NCBI GenBank assembly: GCA_903892905.1
Contig: CAITKI010000113.1
Span: forward strand, 1-44,267
DNA from: an uncultured Candidatus Micrarchaeota archaeon
GTDB taxonomy: Archaea; Micrarchaeota; Micrarchaeia; Anstonellales; Anstonellaceae
Length of the DNA: 44,267 bases
Direction of reading: 5' to 3'
Position numbers and translations under genes: made by a program. Shown here piece by piece: positions 40,101 through 44,267 of the stretch (position 1 is its first letter; every line of letters begins with the position of its first letter). The notes beneath the pieces were generated by a model. It was not told the DNA's origin and searched no databases. It saw only the letters and a program-made list of their open reading frames with translations.

Positions 40101-40425
40101 CGAACCAAAAAGTGCAAAACTTGACTATGCCCGTACCGCTCTGACATCACAGGCTGCCTTGGATCAATCAACACACAAGCGCATAGAAACGGTGGAGAGC
40201 AGGTTTAACGCAGCAGAACAATCACTCGCAAACTCTATAGGGGGCATTCGGAGCATTTCACCTCCAAAGAACATTCAGAAACAAATAAACAATATAGAAA
40301 AAGAAATCCAAGAGCTCAAAAAAGACCCCCTAAACGAAGATAATGTTCAACGAATTGAATATTACTCGCAACTGCTCCGGCAGATGCACGATGCAGCCAT
40401 TCCTCTTATTAAGAAGAAGAGATAG
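34138..40425 (+). CDS. Giant membrane-anchored protein: signal peptide, two Ig-like repeats, three 10-Cys repeats, TM, ~1200 aa Lys-rich C-terminal region
   Basis: SD GCGGTGA; signal AAFIFLTALLLAPSAFA; TM WPLMLILGLLLGASFAAG at about 36664-36717; abrupt composition change after the TM. Confidence 0.82.
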   Translation: MEIGKVRLAAFIFLTALLLAPSAFAASATYEANCTSRFTDECNPTGVSAVTGFFPIQCSYNDGLPANAIVESVSVESHVRTISGMLFYSFNGDFFGTYSGSSPACNAPTNTVFARNDPPYRAQQQNTITISANWLDSGSIEGGEPVGLSAGKHLKVTVNYSLSAPANTKPSGVTKILPSVLEPGTRGVNCTARIIDAENLALNYVATLLVNGAPNATSSGTIQNNTFEPVLIATAIPLSQGDTLQCKLDYDDGALQGDTAYSEIVGPLPAPANTPPSGTTTISPVAPSPGSVDISCTARIIDAENLALNYVATLLVNGAPNAASSGTIQNNSLQPVLSAPNVQVAQGDLLKCQLDYEDGSLPGATAYSETTVGPGSGPGGTCGATVPGTGFCDGGPVSNFLCGSISNTACCANATSCKLVGGVCTQTGTTSALCSDFKDNQAGCQAFASAGCSWRAAAPSCGAISQGSGQCSPRTGAPSMTCTDLGGSDCCQASGSYCQWSGTACNYNSPLPSSGLCHSFDNNYVACTISSQFCTWSATTCGMPTPNTGWCFALPGKTMTCDKIGSFDCCQKANPYCLWSGTTSCTYNSAPPSSDFCRAFDDNYASCRIAGDYCYWEGKECSNASGSCQSPRFCCATSGLSCGKTNPYTGNKMCCLADNSSTACNYGSECCSGICDSHVCQPSFCDVVPTIPSYTDVTLNPENGSISTYTYNLSEENYTKTGLPNALLFMVNLTDQSNIQICYDVADSSGHMQMTYDPTAPGCTDYWYIFCPRGDASTSSGLKSREICLNSTNIDYNKLIYPQPVPCAGATPPAPKSYLDHILSHNELYFCNKVTKDYAPLCWPLMLILGLLLGASFAAGKNPFQSFDFSSPRMNRGRQYSARVQNKSFDLMSYLMSVGSTAASFVKGKTKDEKAKMAEAKGKVKEAKQNLKDGKGTKADVKTARAGVGTARQGIRDARQQKRQTARKEKYDSSDHKTGMGKFLHNVGAFVGVRDKGRPEPSKDQKKKLIDFLKPVPPKDAFSTDTQQRSTATSSTGQVNMVVSPHQIRKAKRASIAALNKKIKEAKTPEEKKALRQERHALRQDFRSMRQNYGVDPNALEKKGMKIEDGKLKKVNDNIDMKKVITNVTDSDRFSSAKTLFQNPFGTNQPAKQNVLSDEGKGTQFGFTKSKETVLSMITSPGEGKSAESQSGSKTGSSAQVRQPTTGTSGAQATSMSATDILGVGISMFSRGFWSKEGMANRMKATGVDEFFKEASGATVGAALVILLRFVLKKMMENAKLRDAEKGKNDGSRVKTNLRFTSPTKAITSLFRIYAVMSSLSSFVKGLGAATGSKSLSGGIGFIEGVNSINIGGIGKYNLNVAELATWVDPSLRETYVGGGSSAIPYPFNMVQTAVSGALVGGDVLVQKASDALKRDVKLAFVQGGEAFLVKVDESGNILDKNGKDVMKEGSGQPFAYKKINVKTGEATDCAEVIGLSQTKRTYVVVNEGSSPKETTYSAMGAGAASFYDNTQRDRAETYFNSNSFVYSLKSQYGGSSPTKSLVKNQDGSYVTKITLIEDKVNTWGVARNIPDLASLDGKEAAKYVSLRNACEHQVQLINTFLGVINGKDALDVISRLQDRVKINDALESFKNALKQYESVELGKLTSDDKRSMSELEDKVSTYGLALVVFDAMGSSPLDISKDVFDKTNATIEQNIIAVIGFTNSYLNCYSQAIATGNDDALLEISKFRKHGVENLQQDTAVLNSMATAMQYYGIVHFNNAKAEKEYLSGLKTMVDAGSNLMTNASDENTLAFAQATDKLCETMIKGVSFEGRFGSKEKDLKKLLENTNKLLEDINISHKAGNEKYSYTDDKGTHEIEYKDAVQKCTAALFTVLQTTVSLHQTSNSYLNAGLAASGWQNRPAYQVSPEADALNRLPAPAEASGERNLSRGFYSPSFNLNSISNVKYGPGARFNISPAISIEAAPIEPIKKEGSFLEATQIDAKPNTDSEPKSAKLDYARTALTSQAALDQSTHKRIETVESRFNAAEQSLANSIGGIRSISPPKNIQKQINNIEKEIQELKKDPLNEDNVQRIEYYSQLLRQMHDAAIPLIKKKR
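34704..35130 (+). repeat. Near-identical 109 bp intragenic repeat (period 318 bp)
   Basis: 34704-34812 vs 35022-35130 differ at one position by eye. Confidence 0.9.
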
Positions 40426-40456
40426 ATGTCTTATGAGGGTTTCTATGGGTGGCATA

Positions 40457-40951
40457 ATGTTGAAAAAAGAAAGCAAGCAACAAAATATACTCAAAAGGCA
40501 TGTTAAGCAAATAAACAAATTTGCAAAAGTGGCAGTCCTCGCAACCGGGCTGACTGTGGCAGCCAATCTTTCAAATGCCCAATCTATAAACACTCCTCCA
40601 GTCAATGCTACTCAAAATATAGAGTACATAAACAAAGCAGATACAACTGTTTCCGGCCTTCTATATCCATGGGTTTATGTCAAAACGCAGGCAATCAAAG
40701 GGCGTAACATAATTCTGACATTTCTTACTGGTGCAAAGATTCATATCAACGAAGACCCAACGGAGCAGATAGTCCTCGGAAATAGAAAATTTAAGATCGC
40801 ATTAAGTATCAAGGACCAAAAACAGCTAAAAGATAGCGTGTTATTGGAAAAAGACGGCTACTATCTTGTTTACTATCGTTCTTGCACAAGTTACAAAGAG
40901 ATTAAAAGTTTCTATGATCGGCTGGACATTTATCAGATAAAGCCAAAATAA
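40457..40951 (+). CDS. Hypothetical exported protein (AT-rich)
   Basis: GGGTGG upstream of ATG; basic N-terminus then hydrophobic AKVAVLATGLTVAA. Confidence 0.65.
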   Translation: MLKKESKQQNILKRHVKQINKFAKVAVLATGLTVAANLSNAQSINTPPVNATQNIEYINKADTTVSGLLYPWVYVKTQAIKGRNIILTFLTGAKIHINEDPTEQIVLGNRKFKIALSIKDQKQLKDSVLLEKDGYYLVYYRSCTSYKEIKSFYDRLDIYQIKPK

Positions 40952-41051
40952 ACCTATATGGCAAATGCTGTGGCGGATTCGCACTTTCCCCGCCCGCAAC
41001 CTTTAAATCCCCTTCCCACCTTATTTTAACACTTACATAGGGGGGGTCGGC

Positions 41052-41603
41052 ATGAACGCACAGAAACTTCAAATTGACAGGGCAAAGGCTATTGGAAAGA
41101 GCGCGAACAGGGCATTCAGGATTCCGCTCGGGACAAAAATCAAGCTCGGGGCGACCATGCTGTTCCTATATTTCGCCTCCAAGCTGATTGCCGAGCCGAT
41201 ATGCAGCAAGGACTCGCCGCAGGACAGGAAAGGCAAGCAGCCGGCTGTGGAAGTGCAAAACCAGAACGACTCTGCAATCATAAAAAGCGCGATGAAAAAG
41301 TACGCGGATAACGCGCTTCAGAGGAATGTCGTCGTTTCGTTCAACCAAGTGTTCAGCGTGAACGTTGTCTTCAATTCCCCTGCATACCTCCCAATTACCG
41401 ACCCAAAAACAGACAACACCGTAGTGAGGCTGTCTCCCGAAGAGCAAAAGAACCTGGAGGCCGGCGGGATGGTCAAGCCCATGGGCAGGCCCTATCTCCT
41501 TATTCTGGTCAAGGGCGCTGACGGAGCCAACAAGGTCTACGTGTATGAACTCAAGCACACCGACATAAAGCAGGCAAAGCCTGATTCGGTCAAAACACAG
41601 TAG
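41052..41603 (+). CDS. Hypothetical exported protein, probable paralog of 40457-40951
   Basis: TTTAAA at 41002-41007 and G-rich SD; basic N-terminus plus hydrophobic segment; shares RN[IV][IV][LV][TS]F and LSxxxQKxL motifs. Confidence 0.7.
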   Translation: MNAQKLQIDRAKAIGKSANRAFRIPLGTKIKLGATMLFLYFASKLIAEPICSKDSPQDRKGKQPAVEVQNQNDSAIIKSAMKKYADNALQRNVVVSFNQVFSVNVVFNSPAYLPITDPKTDNTVVRLSPEEQKNLEAGGMVKPMGRPYLLILVKGADGANKVYVYELKHTDIKQAKPDSVKTQ

Positions 41604-41722
41604 TTCTTCTTTTCATTTTTTCTTCTGAAGTTAGCAAAAGCTCGCGCTAAGCAAGGCAAAAATCACTGCCGCGTGTGCATGTTTCCGCTAGGGAAAGCAA
41701 AGGCACATGGAATGCTCGCATT

Positions 41723-42301
41723 TCAGCCAAGCAGCGCCCTCACCCTGTCAGCCAGCCTTCCAGGCACGCGCGCCAGGTAGCCATCCATCACGCCTTTGCG
41801 CACGGACTTTTTCAGGTCCATTGCAAGCTCGCGGGGAAGCGGCTGCCTGAAATGCACAAAATCAATGAGCGTTTTTTCAAGGTCGGAAACAGGCAGCCAA
41901 AAGTCGCCGTATTTCACCATGCCAAACCCGAAGAACATGCTTCTTCCAATGCGCCTCACGATATAGTTGCTTCCAAGGAATTCCCTTCTTCCCGCCCTGA
42001 CCTTCCTGGGCGTAATCACCACCGGCACTGTTTCCTGCTCCCATGAATTGCGGAGCGACAGGGCATCCTGGAGGCCGTAGTAGAACGGCTGGAAGGCAAA
42101 GCCGACAACCTGCGTCTCCTGCCTGAAAGTGTAGACGCCCCTGCCAATCCTTTGCAGCTTCCCCTCTTTCAAAAGCTTGTGAACCATAAGGTTCTGGTAC
42201 CCTTCCGAGAGCCTCCTCCTTTCGAAGAATGTCTTGATGTCGCGCGCGCAAAACGCCGGCTCCTTCTCAAAGCGGAGCCGAAGCTCGGATGTGAATGTCA
42301 T
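41723..42301 (-). CDS. AbiEi-like type IV antitoxin / wHTH transcriptional regulator
   Basis: LLKEGKLQRIGRGVY, PFYYGLQDALS, PVSDLEKTLIDF motifs; ATGA overlap with the toxin gene. Confidence 0.85.
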   Translation of the reverse strand: MTFTSELRLRFEKEPAFCARDIKTFFERRRLSEGYQNLMVHKLLKEGKLQRIGRGVYTFRQETQVVGFAFQPFYYGLQDALSLRNSWEQETVPVVITPRKVRAGRREFLGSNYIVRRIGRSMFFGFGMVKYGDFWLPVSDLEKTLIDFVHFRQPLPRELAMDLKKSVRKGVMDGYLARVPGRLADRVRALLG

Positions 42302-42942
42302 CCAAACCGCCTCCTAAGCGCAAGCAGCATCTGCGGAACTGAAGGGACTGCGCCGGAATAGACAAGCGATGACAGGTTCGCCTCGTCAAGCGGCGGCCTG
42401 AAGCCGGAAAGGAGGGAAGATACTGCCGCTTCCGCCCCGGGGCTGCCATCCACCCTTTCGCTCAGGTGGTAAATGTCGTACAAATCGCGCACAAAGCGCC
42501 TGTTCTTGTATGCCGATGCCTTCTCCACCACTAGTTCCTCAGGCGATAAGCAAAGCACATCCATGCGCGAGCCATTCATTTTTTCATATCTTGTTGCAAC
42601 CCCGTTTTTTTTCACAGACGTGTTTATCTCAAGGCGCACCTCAGCCTCGCCGTCGGTTATCTTTGCGAAAATGAGGTTTCCCGTCCTTTTGAGCCTCGAT
42701 AGCGTTAGCGCGCGGGAAGACAGGATTTCCCCCAACCCGTCGGCAATCCTTCCGGGATGCGAGGAATACATGTCCAAATCCTCCGAGAACCTGTTTCCCG
42801 AAAAGCAGCGCCAGATTGCGGTGCCCCCGTGGAAAACAAGCGAGCCGTCGAGCGCGTACGCTGCCTCCATCACTTCGTCCTGCAGCCTGCCGACGTCCAC
42901 ATGCAGGCGCTTCCTCAGCCTTTTTTCAAGCGGGATGTCCAT
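42298..42942 (-). CDS. AbiEii-like nucleotidyltransferase (type IV toxin)
   Basis: LVFHGGTAI, RFSEDLD, EK and RDLYDI motifs; TATA-rich upstream 42961-42980. Confidence 0.9.
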   Translation of the reverse strand: MDIPLEKRLRKRLHVDVGRLQDEVMEAAYALDGSLVFHGGTAIWRCFSGNRFSEDLDMYSSHPGRIADGLGEILSSRALTLSRLKRTGNLIFAKITDGEAEVRLEINTSVKKNGVATRYEKMNGSRMDVLCLSPEELVVEKASAYKNRRFVRDLYDIYHLSERVDGSPGAEAAVSSLLSGFRPPLDEANLSSLVYSGAVPSVPQMLLALRRRFG

Positions 42943-43115
42943 GTTTTGTTTAAGCAACGAATATTATATAAATATATAAGATTGGTAATGTATAATAATG
43001 GGCAGAATTATTCATTCAAGTGGCAAAACTCGAAATCATGTTTCATTTTTCAGGGGCAAATGATAGTGCAAAATAATGGCATATGTCCGGTTCGCCCAAG
43101 AAATCCAATCCCAAT

Positions 43116-43280
43116 TCGCGCTAAGAAAAATAAAATCACAACCTGCCTGCTTCCGCTAGGGAAAATAAAAATCACTTCCAGCAGAGCCTTTCGGCTCTGC
43201 TAGCTAGCAAACCATTGCTGGTTTGCTATCTTGCAATTCCCATGCCCATAGCGCTTCCGCTAAGAACAATAAAAATCACA
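43116..43280 (-). terminator. Repeated U-rich motif and hairpins downstream of 23S rRNA (putative terminators)
   Basis: Three copies of minus-strand GTGATTTT(T)ATT(T/G)TYYYTAGCG at 43119, 43154 and 43258; hairpins AGCAGAGCC-tttc-GGCTCTGCT and TAGCAAACCA-ttgc-TGGTTTGCTA. Confidence 0.5.
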
Positions 43281-43349
43281 ATAGTAAAAGAGAGCGACTG
43301 ATATTCACATGGAGTGAATCTCCCCGTGCTTGCGCACGGAGAAAATAAT

Positions 43350-44267
43350 ACGTTAAAACGGCTTTAGTAGCGACAGGCTGAATGCCTCGCGTAAGCTAAG
43401 CACTTACACCCTCGCCCTATCAAAGTCATCTACTATGACCGCCTACACCACCTAGTTTTGAGATTGACTTCGACCTTAGATGCTTTCAGGTCTTATCCAA
43501 TAACGCGTAGCTGCCCTGCGATGCTTTACACAACAGGTAGACCAGAGGCGTCGGACCCAAGTTCCTCTCGTACTCATGGGTACTTCCTCTCAAGTGGTGA
43601 CACTCCTAGGAGATACTACCGAACTGTCTCGCGACGTTCTGAACCCAGCTCATGTAAGTCTTTAATGGATGAACAACCCAACCTTTGGCGGCTCCTGCAC
43701 CGCCAGGATGACTTAAGCCGACAGCGATGTACCAAACCGCGGGGTCGATGTGTATTTGAGTAAATACAAATCACCAAAACGCACGAATCTTACAGCAATA
43801 TCCCTTATTTTTCTCGTGTACCGGACATCGACGACCGATACAGAGTGTCTCATGCTAAACCTCGACAGGAAACCTTGCTTATGTGCAAAGAGCCGAAGCT
43901 CTTTGCATATGCATTTTCGTTGCTTAAGCGAAAATGCACAAGGGTGGCCCTATCTTCATCAATTTAGGCAGAGAATATTCTTAGGGAATAGAAAGACTAA
44001 TCTTTCGTTTATTGAAGTAAGACTCGCGCGATGAAAAAATCAGATTTGTATCTAACTCTCGCCCGCGACGAGCCTGTTACCCCCAGGGTAGCTTGTCTGA
44101 CAGCTTGGACCCTCACTAAGAAGGTACCAAGGTTCGTTAAGCCCGACTTTCGTCTCTGCATTCCACGCTTTTAAGAATACAGTCAGTCTAGCATTTGTCT
44201 TTAACCCTTACCGGCGGATTTCTAACCCGCCTAAGCTAAACATTGGGCGCCCTTGTTTCCTTATCGA
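43350..44267 (-). rRNA. rrl: 23S rRNA, 3' portion (domains V-VI), partial and interrupted
   Basis: Reverse complement of conserved LSU segments: CCTCTCGTACT (sarcin-ricin loop), ACCGAACTGTCTCGCGACGTTCTGAACCCAGCTC, AGCCTGTTACCCC, TTAGATGCTTTCAG; 3' end approximate. Confidence 0.97.
43753..44053 (-). other. ~301 nt structured insertion (intron/intervening sequence) in the 23S helix 89 loop
   Basis: Splits the conserved GAGAGUU|CACAUCGAC; ends pair AGAUACAAAUC/GAUUUGUAUUU; boundaries uncertain by 1-2 nt. Confidence 0.88.

Noticed and set aside
42980-43349. 5S rRNA or tRNA downstream of 23S
   Set aside because: Hairpins are present but no 5S or cloverleaf consensus was recognised
43855-43965. 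Hammerhead ribozyme or C/D box guide in the rRNA insertion (UUGAUGA ... UCGA)
   Set aside because: Core deviates from CUGAUGA/GAAA geometry and from box C/D consensus; at most a K-turn-like internal loop
43750-44034. 94 aa ORF in the rRNA insertion as a homing endonuclease
   Set aside because: Antisense to the rRNA and lacks LAGLIDADG, HNH or GIY-YIG motifs

Overview
This is an archaeal chromosomal window, most likely DPANN (probably Micrarchaeota, inferred from gene content, the tandem-Lrp regulator and a divergent 23S rRNA with no 5S gene downstream). Left part (1-18.5 kb): housekeeping genes (dnaG, DUF167, rtcA, DUF92, acyP, tbp, rpl21e, rpoF, DUF655, tRNA-Arg(UCG), rsmA/ksgA, map), a small accessory patch (Fic, double Lrp/AsnC, two orphans) and a solo-tnpB IS200/IS605 element inserted exactly between the tbp start codon and its native TATA box. 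Centre (18.6-40.4 kb): a co-oriented ~22 kb operon-like cluster. It holds six paralogous polytopic membrane proteins sharing a CedA/VirB6-like signature, a ~1500 aa Cys-rich lipoprotein with an apparently inactive glycoside-hydrolase-like barrel, and a ~2100 aa membrane-anchored giant protein. Members share shuffled disulfide-rich and Ig-like modules, and several gene junctions are duplicated at 55-68 bp periods. This cluster is the best candidate for an undescribed cell-contact/transfer system. Right part: two paralogous orphans, an AbiE-type toxin-antitoxin pair bracketed by a repeated motif, and the 3' part of 23S rRNA with a ~301 nt structured insertion in the helix 89 loop. All calls come from reading motifs by eye; no database searches were run.
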